Shown piece after piece: positions 1-14,155 of a DNA stretch of 64,000 bases (positions are counted from its first letter, which is position 1; the number at the start of each line of letters is the position of its first letter). Made by a program: the position numbers and the translations under genes. Below the pieces are notes generated by a model. That model was not told the origin of the DNA, made no database searches, and saw only the letters and a list, made by a program, of their open reading frames with translations. The DNA comes from Octopus sinensis. Lineage: Eukaryota. The stretch spans positions 31,124,001-31,188,000 of the forward strand of contig NC_043009.1 of assembly GCF_006345805.1 (NCBI RefSeq), given 5' to 3'.

Positions 1-4
1 ATAT

Positions 5-44
<40 letters not shown>

Positions 45-350
45 GCATATACACAAATATATATGTATGCGTGTGTGTGTGTGTATATATATATATACAT
101 ATATATATATATGTGTATATATAATACTTGTAGAGATGCACACACACACACACACTCCTCTTTATATGTATATTTGTGTATTTGTATATATGCATGTGTG
201 TATGTTTATATGTAGTTACAAACATATACATACATATATACATATATACATATATATATACATACAACACATTCAATCACACACAATCATACGTATAGAT
301 TGTGTGTAAATACGTGTGTGTTTGTGTGTTTGTGTATGAGTACGTGTCTT
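1..350. repeat. (TA)n/(CA)n/(TG)n compound microsatellite
   Basis: Dinucleotide tracts visible directly; the overlapping ORFs are YI/CV/HT low-complexity translations. Confidence 0.95.
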
Positions 351-654
351 ATATTTGGACGGTGTGTCTAATAAATTGTTCTTGTAACAGATTTTATAAT
401 GGTTCATGCAACAGTTGGCAGGGAATCGTTTCAGCTATTTTTATACATTATCGTATGAAAATACACAATGAAAATACCTCGGTGGTTTCTGCGAATACAT
501 AAATTTTATTCAGGTCTTTGACAGAAGAAATTATTTTCATGGCAGAGCACTCCAACATATTAGTTCCACATTGGCACAATGTTTTGCTCTGTCTTGTCAT
601 GTGTGTTTAATTAGGGGAACCAGTGTTTATTTTATGTTTAAGAAATATCTAGCC

Positions 655-1140
655 ATGGTGACGGTGGTGAAGATGAAAATAATGATGGTGATGGTGGTGG
701 TGGTGGTGGTGGTGGTGGTGGTGGTGGTGGTGGTACTGCTGGGGGAGATGATGATGAAAACGAGGAATTGTGAATGAGGCAGAAGGGGATAGCAATGACG
801 TTGCAGGTGATAATGAGAATGACGAGGTGGAGGGAGACGATGAAGCTGATGAGGAGGAGATTAAAAGTTCATGATGATGTTCTTTATAATTAGGATGATG
901 ATGACATAAATGACAACGATGTTGATGATGATGATGATGACGAGGATGCTGCTGATGATGTTGATGACAATGCTGCTGATGGTGATGATGACAGCAACTA
1001 CAATGATGACCACAACGATGATAGTGGTGGTGGTCCTGATGATTAAAATAATGTGAAAGAGCTGTTAACAATTGTGTTGGTATTAATGATGGTGATAACA
1101 ATGAAGATGACAGCATCACCCATAATGATGATGGAATGAA
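655..1140. repeat. Degenerate (GGT)n/(GAT)n trinucleotide repeat region
   Basis: Pure (GGT)n at about 692-733 followed by decayed GAT repeats. Confidence 0.9.
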
Positions 1141-1704
1141 TGGAATTGGTGAGGAACCAGGATGATGAGGGAGAAACATGCAGGTGTGATTGTATGAGAG
1201 GGCAATGAAGAAGAAAGAGAGCAACAACATAACTTGAGGAGCTGAAGGTTTTACAGCACCCAATCAATACTGAGCCATATTGATAGAAAATCTATAAACA
1301 GGATGTATGCCACTGGGTTGGGGGAGGGATTCTTAGATATGTCTCATATCAATTTGATCCATGGTTGATGCCATATTACTTTTTTAATAATGACAATCCA
1401 TTTAAGAAATGCATAAAAACATCAAGTTGCTCTTTTCTCCCACCTTGGGCTTGTGTACCAAAATGATATCTTAAATCATCAGATAATTGACTTTACCATT
1501 CTCTATTCCAGTTCAGTTCTAATAGCAACCAATGAACTTTATCAACTTCTGTGGAATGTAAAGAGAATTTCTTTGGTAAAAAATAAAATGACAAACAATG
1601 ATGGGGGAAAATGGTTAAGATCATTTGTTATATATATATCTAAATGTCTGAGATCAACATCATCATCATCCTCATCAACGTCATCATTATTATTATTGCT
1701 GGTA

Positions 1705-1915
1705 AGAAGGCAGCGAGTTGGCAGAGCTGTTGGCATGCCAGGCAAAATGCTTAGTGGCAGTTTGTTTGTCTTTACATTCTGATTTCAAATTTCAAAGGTC
1801 CCCTTTGCCTTTCATCCTTTTAGAGTCAATAAAATAAGTACCTGTTGAGCACTGGGGTCAATGCAATTGATTTACCCTTCTACTCGTAATTACTGGCTTT
1901 GTGTCATAATTTAAA
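1705..1915 (+). mobile_element. tRNA-derived SINE, family A (Meta-domain-like)
   Basis: Head aaggcagcgagttggcaga, B-box-like ttcaaat, core ctttgcctttcatcctttt..gtcaataaaataagtacc shared by more than 15 copies in the window. Confidence 0.85.
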
Positions 1916-1929
1916 ATCATTAAACTGAA

Positions 1930-2180
1930 GAGCACAAAAGTGAAAGGAGTACTTTCTATGGTGTTCCTGCTGCGTAGGGTGGTTAGGGATCTATGGAGGT
2001 CCCTTGGTTGCTTCTGGATGGTTTCTTCACAACTGGGGGATTTCGTTGTTTGAATTTTCTTCTCAACAGTCATTGTTATATTTTATTGTTTACACATTTA
2101 TGTAAATCTCCACCATCCTTCATTTTTCCTGTTGCTCTAAATGTTTTCTGCGGCCCTTGTGGCCAATAAACAAAGTATCA
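1930..2180 (+). mobile_element. Putative LINE 3' UTR fragment ending in ggcccttgtggccaataaac
   Basis: Diverged second copy on the minus strand at about 39370-39610; its end resembles the tail of the young SINE-A subfamily. Confidence 0.45.
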
Positions 2181-2208
2181 TTACTATGATTTTTATTTCT
2201 ATTTAAAT

Positions 2209-2649
2209 GGTCAGCTGGCAGAATCATTAGAACGTTGGACAAAAATGCTCAATGGAATTTCACATTTCGAGTTTGAATTTTATCCAAGATGACTTTGCCT
2301 TTTATCTTTCAGGTTTGATAAAATGAAGTACCAGTCAAGTACTTGAATCGATGTGGGCAACTTCCCACGTCCCCTAAAATTTCAGGCCTTGTTCCGACTG
2401 TAGAAACAATTATTATTATTGGTGAGCTGACAGAATCACCAGCCCACCGGGTGAAATGCTTAACAGTATTTCATCCATCGGTATGTTCTGAGTTCAAATT
2501 CTGCCAAGGTTAACTTTGCCTTTCATCCTTTTGGTGTCTATTAATTAAGTACCAGTGAAATACTGGGGTCAATGCAAATTGACTAGTCCACTTCCCCAAA
2601 ATTTCAGGTCTTGCACCTTTAGGAGAAAGGATCATCATCATCATCATCA

Positions 2650-2687
<38 letters not shown>

Positions 2688-2910
2688 GCAGCGAGCTGGC
2701 AGAATCATTAGCATACCAGGTAAAAGGCTTAGCTGTACTTTGTCTGTCTTTATGTTCTGAGTTCAAATTTTGCCACAGTCGACTTTGCCTTTCATCCTTT
2801 TGTAGGTCAATTAAATAAGTACCAGTTGAGTACTGGGGTCGATGTAATCAACTATCCCCCTCCCCCAAATTTCAAGCCTTGTGCCTATTAGACAGGATTA
2901 TTATTATTAT
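2209..2910 (+). mobile_element. Three head-to-tail SINE-A copies joined by (ATT)n/(CAT)n tracts
   Basis: Heads at about 2209, 2421 and 2688, each followed by the gactttgcctttcatcc core and an aaatttcaggccttg..agaaaggattattatt tail. Confidence 0.9.
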
Positions 2911-3934
2911 TACTAGAGAATCCACCCATCTACAATGGAGGCATAAAATGAGGAAGAGAAGTCATAACGGAAGTAGGTATTGAGAAACGTGTAAATGGAC
3001 TTGATTGATTACTGGGTGATGTCTTAGAGAAATCACATTATTGTTGGTGATACAGCATTCTATTGCAGCTATATGACATGTGTTTGCAACTAAGTGACAT
3101 GTGATGACAATTCACTCTTGAACTGAAATAGGCTCCCAGCCTCTGTATCATGAATGGTTATGGGGACCACTCCTCATGAAAACCAGAGCTTCCTTCGACC
3201 TCTTCATAAAAAGTATTAAGAAACAAAAGTTATTTAGATATACTTTTGTTTTTAGTTGTTTACATTATTTTATGTTTGTTTATATTCTTATACATTCAAA
3301 GTCCTTTTATACCTGCCTAAATTTGATAGAATTATCAGAATTCCAACCTCCTTTAATTCCATCTTGTCTTTAGAATTGGTGTTAATTATTTTAAACATAA
3401 AACTAGGGAAAAGAAGCCCGACAAGAAATTAGATTCAAATAATGCAGATTGGAATGATTCTAACCAATAACATTTAGTCCTTATTCTGTCATCCCTAGCA
3501 GGATTTGATCTCAGCACCTAAGGAGGCAAATCTAAGCATTTATATACAATTTCTCCATCTCTGAACTTTTCTTCACCTTTCTACATGAGTTTTAATATTA
3601 TCGAACACATTTTCAAAAACTATCAGGTAAAATTTAGACGTTTACTTTGGTATTAATGTCCATTTCCAGTGAACACAGACAAAATATTTTATCACAAAAG
3701 TGACTTGTAAATCTCGGATGATAAATATCTTTTCGACAGAAACTTAACTTGTTTATTTTTTTTTTCAGTTTTTCTTGTGGTTTTTTTTTTGTTTTCTTTT
3801 GTCAAGAATAAGAGTCAATTTTTACAGCAAAATCTTAAATTTATTGCAATGAGTAACAAATATTAAAGATTAATGATAGAAATTTACGAAAAACTAAAAT
3901 CTCTTACTTAATGGTCAGATTTAATGTCCCTTAA

Positions 3935-4960
<1,026 letters not shown>

Positions 4961-5285
4961 TTTCACTTCATAAGCTTTTTATAACGTCTCTTTCAAACTG
5001 GAATTTGGCAAATCTGTGCTGTTTAGTTGCATTATCTAAGATAACTGAGACAAAATAATGCATAAGTATTAGAATTTGTGATTAATGACTTATGATTGTA
5101 ATGTATCACTCTTTTAGTCACAATAATCTCTACTTTCTACTGATATAAACTTTGGCATCATATGACTTACTTTGAAAGATATTTTGTATATTTTAGAATA
5201 TTTATTCCTTTCGCATTCAGATTATTCTGTCTCATGTAATGCTTATTTATGTATTTGCTTTGAAATAACCATGAATTATTAGATA

Positions 5286-6040
5286 GGTGAAGGCACGGCT
5301 GTTGGTAAGAAGTTTGCTTCCCAACCAAGTGGTTCTGGGTTCAGTCCTACTCTATCGCACCTTAGGGCACCTTCCACAGTAGCTTTGAGCCAGCTAAAGC
5401 CTTGTGAGGAGATTTGGTAGATGGAAGCTGAGAGAAAGCCGGTGGTGTGTGTGTGCATGCGTGTGTGTGTGTATTGTGGGTGTGATGTGCATTGGTGTGT
5501 GTGATTGTATCTGTGTGTTAATGTGTGTGATGTGTGTGTGTGTTGGTGGGTGTGATGTGTGTGCATTAGTGGGTGTTGTGTGTGAGCATTGGTGAGTTTG
5601 ATGTGTGTATGTTGGTGGGTGTGATGTGTGTGTGTGTGTTAGTGGGAGTGATGTGTATGTGTTGGTGGGTGTGATGTGTGTGCATTGGTGGGTGTGATGT
5701 GTATACATTGGTGGGTGTGATGTGTGTGCGTTGGTGGGTGTGATGTGTGTATTGGTGGGTGTGACATGTGTGTGTTGGTAGGTGGGACATGTGTGTGTTG
5801 GTAGGTGTGATGTGAATATGTGTGTCTTTATCTTAATATCTGTTTGTTCCCACCATCAATGCTTAACAACCAGTGCTGATGTATTTATGTCCCTGTAACA
5901 TAGTAGTTCAGCAAAAGAGACTGATAGTATAAATACCAGACTCAAAAAAAAACACAAAGTACCGGGGTTGATTTATTCAACTAAGTTTCTTCACTGTGGT
6001 GCTCCAGCATGACCACAGTCTAGTGACTGAATCGGTTAAA
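5286..6040 (+). mobile_element. tRNA-derived SINE, family B (CORE-like, resembles octopus OR-type) with an expanded internal minisatellite
   Basis: Head ggcacggctgttggtaagaagtttgcttcccaacca..ggttcagtcc and 3' body gtccctgtaac..gcaaaagagactgatag..gctccagcatgaccacagtc. Confidence 0.85.
5470..5815. repeat. Minisatellite, unit of about 22-24 bp (ttggtgggtgtgatgtgtgtgca)
   Basis: More than 10 imperfect tandem units inside the SINE-B copy. Confidence 0.9.
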
Positions 6041-6387
6041 AATTATATCATAGCTTCAAGATTTTCCTGATGAGATTGTTCATTTTGAGAATAACAGTGT
6101 AGGGTAGGTGTGAGAGGCCAGATGTTGCCAGTTTGAACATAGAACACGTAGGATATTTGGGCTAGATTTGGCCAGATTAAATGCTAAAGGATTAAGTGTC
6201 ATAAAACAGTGCAATCAGATAGCAAACTAAGTCAGTGAAGCAGTTATAGATTGAGGTAATGCTGTTTAACTCAGCCTTGAATCTTGCACCTGTCTTTTCT
6301 AATCTGGAATAGGATAAAATGCTTTAGTTTGGCCTATTTATTGAAGGAGAATTCTTTGATGTTGATCCAATCACCTATTATTCCTTT

Positions 6388-6593
6388 CCCTTTCATTACC
6401 ATATTCATGCTGGAATACTCTGCATTTGTTTCAATCAATTTAGAAAATAATGAAGAATTTATTAAAATAACTAATGTTTGGAATATAAATTAACCTGAAA
6501 TTTCAAAGAAAGGTTTTAATTTAAATCACTTTAAAATAGTGAATTTGTATCATAGAACCAGGGGCAGTTTCAGGCAGGTTGGCATCAAAAGGG
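6388..6593 (-). mobile_element. piggyBac-like MITE (family P1)
   Basis: Termini ccctttcattacc ... ggcatcaaaaggg; reverse-complement similarity to 48368-48588. Confidence 0.7.
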
Positions 6594-6814
6594 TAAATAT
6601 TATAAAAATTTTTACATAATCGATTTTTGGTTTGTATTTGAAATGACATTCTACAGTTTGCAAATTTCCTCTGTCATGGTTGCATTGCCATTATCATTAT
6701 CAATCTCATTGCAGTGTTTATTTTCATCATTATAATCCTTCACACCATCAAAATCATCACCACTGTCTTTGGTTATAGTTCTGGTAGTAGTTGATTTTCC
6801 ATTTCAAATTGCTC

Positions 6815-7080
6815 AGGTTGCATGACCTAGTAGGAAGCCACAATCTTGAGATTATGGTTTTCAATTCCTGAATCAGGCAACACACTGTGTTCTTGAGCAA
6901 AACACGTCATCACAGGCAGCTCTGCATCCACTCTTGGACATCCGACATGTGGCACAACATGCACTGATGTGGGAAATGTCGATTTGGTGGCAAGAGAGTG
7001 AGCCAATGTACAACACAAGCATTTGACATGTTTAGCAAATCACCTCAGCGGGTTTTTGAGTATGGAAAAGTGGATACTGA
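6815..7080 (+). mobile_element. Degenerate tRNA-derived SINE, family C
   Basis: ttcaattcctg B-box and tgtgttcttgagcaaaacac motif shared with the 55666-55996 copy. Confidence 0.55.
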
Positions 7081-7157
7081 ACAAGGATGACGATAATATT
7101 ATTCATCTTTATATTATTATACATACATATATCTATATATATATTCATATACATATC

Positions 7158-7330
7158 ATCATCATCATTCAATGTTCATTTCCCATGCTAGTGTAGGTCT
7201 GACGATTTGACAGGAGCTGGTAGGGCTATAAGCCATACCAGGCTCCTTTGTGTTCTTTTTGAGATGATTTCTAGAGCTGGATGCCCTTCCTAATGCCAAC
7301 CATTTTACAGAGTTTACTAGGTGCTTCTTA
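7158..7330 (-). mobile_element. RTE-family 3' tail fragment
   Basis: ggatgcccttcctaatgccaacc motif plus a (CAT)n tail. Confidence 0.8.
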
Positions 7331-8204
7331 GCATACATATACACATAGACATATATGCATACACACACACACATCTATCTATATATATATATATAAAAAT
7401 ACATACACACACGTGCATATGTGTGTGTGTGTGTGTGTGCACTTGCATGCATGTGTATGTTCATGTGTGTGTATGTTTTCAATATTCTACATTTTGTCAG
7501 TTAGGTTTAACCAATTCACTGTGATTGAGAACGGCTAACTGCAATAGATATTACGAATTCTATTAGGAAAAATAAAATTGAAAGGCACCGTGTTAATTGC
7601 AATCGTTGGCAGCGCTTAACTGACCAAAATTCCCACCACTGAAACACTCTGACATACCAATAAGAAACAGCAAGAACAAAATATTGACAATGGAAATTTA
7701 ATTCCCAAGCCATTACATAATTGTCATTATTATCATCATTATTATCATCATTATCGTCATTATAATCCTCCTTGTTTTTATCCTTCATGCCATCAAGATT
7801 AGCATCACATCAACCCACCTATAACACCTGCAATAGTAATTCTTCTCCCAGTGAGGTCCAAAGCTGCACATTTGCAATGGAGCGATCGTAATATTTGAAT
7901 TCCACCTCAGCACATGCTTCATACACTTAATTTAGCAACTTCGTTAGTTGAAAGGTAAATTAAACATTGGCAAGAGATTCATAGAAGAAAAAGAAACAAC
8001 AATGAGATATAGTCCAGTGCTCTCCTAATGGCAATAAAACTATCATAACCATTGTTATCATCAACATCGTCATCATCAATCCTCCTCCTCCTCATCATCA
8101 TCATCATCATCATCACCTTCACCACCACTATCATCATCAACATCATCATCAATCATCCTCCTCCTCATTGTCATCACCTTCATCATCATCTCATTCACCA
8201 CCAC

Positions 8205-8345
8205 CACTGCTATTATCATAAAGTCTGCTTTCCCATACAGGAAGGGATCAAATGCAATTTCTTGAGACACATTTTTCTATGACTGGATGCCCTTCCCGTT
8301 GTCAACCCTCACCTGTTTGCAAGCATGACAATATTTCCACATGGT
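8205..8345 (-). mobile_element. RTE-family 3' tail fragment, degenerate
   Basis: ttctatgactggatgcccttcc motif. Confidence 0.6.
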
Positions 8346-8663
8346 TTGACACTCACTTTCTCTTGTATACCTTCCTTTTTAACACAGGGGCAATCGTAGC
8401 AAAATGCCATTCCCAAGCAAAGCAAGCAAATACCAACATGACTACCTGAACTGTACACTTTTAACAGGACACCACTTTATGTATGCATGTACCTGACATG
8501 ACCCAGGCTGCAGAATTGTTGCAACACAATATGATGCACAGCCTTCCACCCATAAAGGACAATCACAGGATGGGTTGAAACGATTGTTGCACAGAATGAA
8601 GACCAATACCTAATCCATCTTCTGTTTTACTAATCCATTATATATATGTGTGTGTGTGTGTGT

Positions 8664-9122
8664 TGTGAAGTATATTTGTGACCTAGATGTGGTGGTCCTA
8701 TAGAGTACGATGTTAATTTTGTTTATAGACCCAGGAAGACCTCTCCTCCAGCTAGCTAATGACACATTGTCTGTGTCTGATTCATATTTGTGAAGGGAAA
8801 TCATTGTTCTCATCTCTAACCTTTTTTGAGATCAGGAACAGTTCATCACTGGAAAAAACATATAGTATTTTGCATTTGGAATGAGCTCTTATCGGTAGCT
8901 TGTGATTATCACACACTGATGATCAGTTACTACTCAGAAACCTGGGTCTGTGTGTATCACGTAAGGCTAGAGATGGGAGCGATGATTTCCCTTTGCAAAT
9001 ACTAATCAGACATAGACAGTGTGTCATTAGCCATCTGGAGGAGATGTCTTCCTGGGGTTATAAGCAACAGTAGCATCGTCCCCTATGGGTCCGCCACATT
9101 TACGTGGCAAATATACTTCATG
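8664..9122. mobile_element. Fold-back/MITE-like element with about 160-bp inverted arms
   Basis: 8664-8823 is the reverse complement of 8963-9122 (roughly 80% by eye), with a spacer of about 140 bp. Confidence 0.8.
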
Positions 9123-9218
9123 ATTCCGTGCTGCTACTGTTTACTTCTCACTCAGAGATTTAATATTGCTCTATATATACACACATATTATATACACTAC
9201 TACTACTATTACTGTGTC

Positions 9219-9413
9219 AGGTAGCTCTTGAGTGCTACTGGTAACATGTAATCCAGTACAACCTGTCGCATGCTCGAGTCGTCGGTGACTAAACTGGCAA
9301 CCCCACAAGGCTTGCTTGGTGATGAGTATGTTGCTGGGCACCCTGTGGGATGAAAAATAAAACCTGTCAAAGGGCGGATGAACTCCTGAACGGTCAACGG
9401 CCATCCAACAATG

Positions 9414-9415
<2 letters not shown>
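9219..9415 (+). mobile_element. GC-richer interspersed-repeat fragment, possibly the 5' region of an RTE-group element or SINE
   Basis: CpG-retaining block between (TAC)n and (TA)n tracts, containing ccctgtgggatgaaaaataaaacctgtcaaagggcggatgaac. Confidence 0.35.
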
Positions 9416-9458
<43 letters not shown>

Positions 9459-9823
9459 TTTACTACTACTACAACTACTACTAACAACAACATCAACACC
9501 GCCACTACCGACACCTATATTAACAATAGCAACAACACTAATGACAACAACAACAATTAAATTGGGAGAGTTGTGGTGCAGAAAATGTTCCTATAATGTT
9601 GATGGAGAATTATTGGGGAAAATGTTGTCACTGCAATCGAAAAAGAGATAAGAAAAGCAGAAGAAAAACTTTTCCAGAGAAACTACAAAATATTCCCTCT
9701 CTGAGATCATGAGATGTGGTTTGATAGAAAATGGAATGAAACCAGGCAATACGATTCCATGTAACAACAGAATATAGCAACAACAACAACAGTAACAACA
9801 GCAGCAGCAATAATAATGATCAT

Positions 9824-10058
9824 AATCCTTTCTACTATAAGCACAAAGCCTGAAATTTGGTGGGAGGGGACTAGTCAGTTACATCAACCCCAGTGTGTCA
9901 CTGGTACTTAATTTATCAACCTTGAAGAGATGAAAGACAAAGTTTGATACCAGCAGAATTTGAATTCAGAACGTAGCAACAGGTGAAACACTGCTAAGCA
10001 TTTTCATCCAGTGTGCTAACAATTCTGCCACCTCGCTGCCTTATATAATAATAATAAT

Positions 10059-10091
<33 letters not shown>

Positions 10092-10332
10092 TAATAATAA
10101 TAATAATAATAATAATGTCTTCAAATTTTGCCACAAGGGCAGCAGTTTTGGGGGATAGGATAAATCGATTACATCAACCCTAGTGTTTCACTGGTACTTA
10201 ATTTATCGACCCCTAAATAATGAAGGGCAAATTCAACCACAGCGGAATTTGAACTCAGAATGTAGCTGCGGGTGAAATTCCACTATGCATTTTGTTCAGT
10301 GTGCTAACAATTTCTGCCAGCTCACCACCTTG
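9824..10332 (-). mobile_element. Two tandem SINE-A copies embedded in (TAA)n
   Basis: Reverse-complement heads ctgccacctcgctgcctt (about 10042) and ctgccagctcaccacctt (about 10332). Confidence 0.9.
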
Positions 10333-10353
10333 AGGAGGATAATAATAATAATA

Positions 10354-10404
<51 letters not shown>

Positions 10405-10556
10405 TAATAAAGATAAGGATAAGTATTGCTTAGAACTGCAAGAATCCTTTGCAGAGTTCTTGAAGCATGACCAGTAAACAAGTGTCACCTAAGTCTGCTG
10501 GCTGAGGACAGGTGACACTTTTCATCATACCCAGCAAAATAAGCTCTGAGCTTTTA

Positions 10557-10559
10557 ACA

Positions 10560-10614
<55 letters not shown>

Positions 10615-10617
10615 GTA

Positions 10618-10653
<36 letters not shown>

Positions 10654-11005
10654 GTAATAATAATAGTAATAGTTATAATAATAATAATAGTAATAGTAAT
10701 AATAATAATAATAATAACAACAATAATAACAATAACATCAATAATAATAACAACAATAATAATAATATCAATAATAGTAGTAACAACAATAATAACAATA
10801 ATAGTGGTAACAACAAGAACAATAATAATAATAATAATAACGACAATAATAACAATAATAATAATGACAATAATAACAGTAATAATAACAACAATAAGAA
10901 CAGTTATAATGATAACAACAATAATAGTAATAACAATAATAATGATAACAATAATGATAACAACAATAATAATAACAGTAACAACAACAACAATAATGAT
11001 AACAA
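10557..11005. repeat. Long (AAT/AAC/AGT)n trinucleotide array of about 450 bp
   Basis: Visible directly; the poly-Asn ORF is an artefact of it. Confidence 0.97.
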
Positions 11006-11574
11006 ATCATTTGTGTAGGTTATTTGGAAAATGCTGAACACTCATACATCGTCTTTAATGGGAGAGTCTATCATCATCATCATCATCATTATTATTATAA
11101 TTAAAAGAAGAAGAATAACAATGACAACAACAACAATGCAAACCATAGCATATATCCAAGGCTCACAGAGCTGCACTCAGTAGAGCAACGAAAACTCAGC
11201 ACAAAAATAAGACTACTGAATTGTGGTGATGATGATGATGTTTTCAAATTTTGGCGTGATAACGTTAATAACGAATGTGGTTCCCAATTAGGTTTTTCCA
11301 ACTTCTGTTTTATGTATTTTGCGAAGTCATGAAGGAGAATATGGCGATGTAGCATTATTTGCTGTGAGCTATTTTAATAAGAAACAGACAAATAATTGAA
11401 GAGAAGACATGAAGCCAAAACTATTAAGTGATAATATACACAACCTTGCTACTACTGGTATGGTAAAATATATCTCTAAATCTATGATTGATAAGCATTC
11501 TTCATATGGAAATTTTCTATCTTTTATTTCCTATTTTATTTTGTCATTTATTTATTATAGAGGTGGTCAGTGTG

Positions 11575-12423
11575 CATACTTGACAGAGTGTAAGTACCTT
11601 GAGAGAAGAGTTGGACCTAAGAAGCCTCAGGTGTGGTGTGCAAAAGAGACGACTGTGCTGGTATGGTCATGTGGTGAGAATGGATGAGGATAGCTGTGTG
11701 AAAAAGTGCCACAGCCTAGCGGTTGAGGGGAACTTGTGGAAGAGGTAGACCCAGGAAGACCTGGGATTAGACCTCACCAAGCAATGACTAGTGACTGAGA
11801 CCTTTGGAAATATGCTGTGCATGAGAAGACCCAGCAAGCCAAGTGAGACCATAACCCATGGCCTATGCCAGGGGTGTAACCAGCCCACTTATGTGTACCT
11901 TTCCTTCAATGGACACTAAACTTTGCTTGTGAAGACCTGTTGAGGCAAGTGAAATCGAAATTGAAATCAAATTCGATGACTGGTATCCATGCTCGTGGAG
12001 CAATAAGTGTACCATCCAAGTGTGATCGTTACCAGAGCAGCTGACTGGCTTCCGTGCTGGTGGCACGTGAAAAGCACCATTCGAGCATGATCATTATCAG
12101 CATTGCCTTACTGGCACTTGAAAAAACATTTGAGTGAGTTTGTTGCCAGTACTTTTGGACTGGCTCCTGTGCAGGTGGCACATAAAAAACACCATTTGAG
12201 TGTGGCCGTTGCCAGTACTGCCTGACTGGCCCTCATGTCAGTGGAACATAAAAGTACCCACTACACTCTCAGAGTGGTTGGCGTTAGGAAGGGCATCCAG
12301 CTGTAGAAACTCTGCCAGATCAGATTGGAGCCTGGTGCAGCCATCTGGTTTGCCAGTCCTCAGTCAAATAGTCCAACCCATGCCAGCATGGAAAGCAGAC
12401 GTTAAACGATGATGATGATGATG
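11575..12423 (+). mobile_element. 5'-truncated RTE-clade LINE: ORF2 C-terminus, 3' UTR and (GAT)n tail
   Basis: Translates as RSLRCGVQKRRLCWYGHVVRMDEDSCVKKCHSLAVEG..CGRGRPRKTW (RTE RLxWxGHV/GRPR motifs); the 3' UTR carries ggcgttaggaagggcatcc and ends gttaaacgatgatgatg. Confidence 0.9.
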
Positions 12424-13934
12424 ATTGGTTGACTGTATGAGACCGACTGCTTGAGGAATTTCAGTTTTTGGAGAAGAAAGAACATGCTTATAAATGCTGA
12501 TTAAATATGACAGAATTATCAAATAACGTACTGGGAAAGAAATTTCGTTTCTGTTGCTTTTCTTTATTTTAATTCTAGCAAAAGGATATGGCACTCCTTG
12601 ATAAAGATCCCTATTTCTTCAGGCCTTTTTATATACTAAGTGACTTTTGACTTGAAGAAGGAATAAAAAATAAAATAAGCACAGCAGAAACTCTTGAAAA
12701 GTAATATTATATGAAAATTAAATAAAAAACTGTAAGACTTTATCCAAATTCTTCTTTCTTTATGAATTGCAGTGTGTGAATTTCAAATTTCAAATAACTC
12801 GTTATAGGAATAGTCATGTTTTAATTAATTGTGTTATGAATGCTAAACAGAATGTGGCATCGAGTAGCATGGTGAGAAAATGTAAAAATTTCTGGAAGGG
12901 TTTTTTTAAGGTTTTAATTGGATTTCTGTGTTAACTTCAAGACATCTGAGAATATAATAATAATGTTTTATATTTCCCTTAAATATTAATAATTATTTTC
13001 TTATGAAAATCATTAAAAAAAAAAAGCAAACATTCTTATGCATCTATATATTTATCTATGTTACTATAAGTTGGGTGGCCTCAAAGTTAAAATATTTGCG
13101 TCTCTCCTTTAAGCCATTATTTTATAAATATACATAATAGTGGATTATGTTCAGTAATCAACAGATTATGATGAACATTAAGATGAATATTATGAAGTCA
13201 GTTTTAACATCCTCTTCTGAGGTAAATAGCATGTGATGCTTCTCTATGCATTATGCACAGAAATAGTGCAAACCTGATAATGTAGAATGGTCAAAGAGAG
13301 ATTTGGAATGGAAGAAAAATGTCAAGCATTCAGTTAAAAAGATAGACATTGATACAGTTAAGAAGCTTACCTCACAGTCAACATTTGAAAGGCACGTGTG
13401 CTGGTGAAAAGTAAAATAGTGCTCAGTAAGATTTGAACTCAAATAATACTGATTTCTAAACCTAGCAGAAGGCCACACTTTTGAGGGGAAATTGTAATCA
13501 GTTAGGTTGACCACTGAAGGATGAATGGTGAAATTGATCCTCAAAGCATTTACCTTTTTTTATTTGTCCCAGGGTCAATAAAATAATGACATACATAGGT
13601 ATACAGAAAACTGGAGTAAAGTCAGTTGATTCTATTGATCTTAGAGGGAAGAAGGGCAAAATGAATCCAGGTGGGATTTGAATTCAAAATGTAGAGCTGT
13701 ATGCCAGTAACATGTGAAAGGTACCTGTGCAACTGACATGTGGTGGTGGTGGTGATGGTGGAGAACAAGTGAGGATGGCAATGATAACGACACCAACAAC
13801 AGCAGCAATAATGATATGTAAAGGATTATTGTATTAAGTATAAAACCTCAGACTATCAGAAGATCCAAAATGAGATCCGACTACAATCATAGCTTTGTCA
13901 AAGGCATTAGAAATACAAGCTAAGCTAAATTAGG

Positions 13935-14155
13935 ATTTCCAATATTGGCACCACAAGTCCAGTAATTTTTGGTGAGAGTGTTTGCTGATAACACATCAAT
14001 CCAGTACTTGAGTTGTACTTTATTTTATCGGCCCCAAAATAATGACAAGGGAAGTTGGCCTTGGTGGCATTTGAACTCAAAACGTAACAACCCAGAAGAA
14101 ATACTGCAAAAACATTTTTGCCCACTGAACTAAAGATTCAACCAGATCGCTATGT
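13935..14155 (-). mobile_element. SINE-A copy, diverged
   Basis: gtactttattttatcg..gaagttggccttggtggcatttgaactc. Confidence 0.75.

Larger units (their letters stand above)
5206..6191 (-). mobile_element. piggyBac-like MITE (family P2) interrupted by a SINE-B copy
   Basis: Ends tcctttcgcattcag ... atgctaaagga+TTAA; reverse-complement similarity to 40879-41629. Confidence 0.65.

Noticed and set aside
692-733. (GGT)n G-quadruplex potential (also about 19127-19165)
   Set aside because: Only two-G runs in an ordinary microsatellite, with nothing indicating function
649-1263. 204-aa His/Ser-rich ORF
   Set aside because: Translation of decayed (CAT)/(CAC) trinucleotide repeats, with no domain or splice support
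10512-11018. 168-aa poly-Asn ORF
   Set aside because: An (AAT)n microsatellite that is open in several frames by construction
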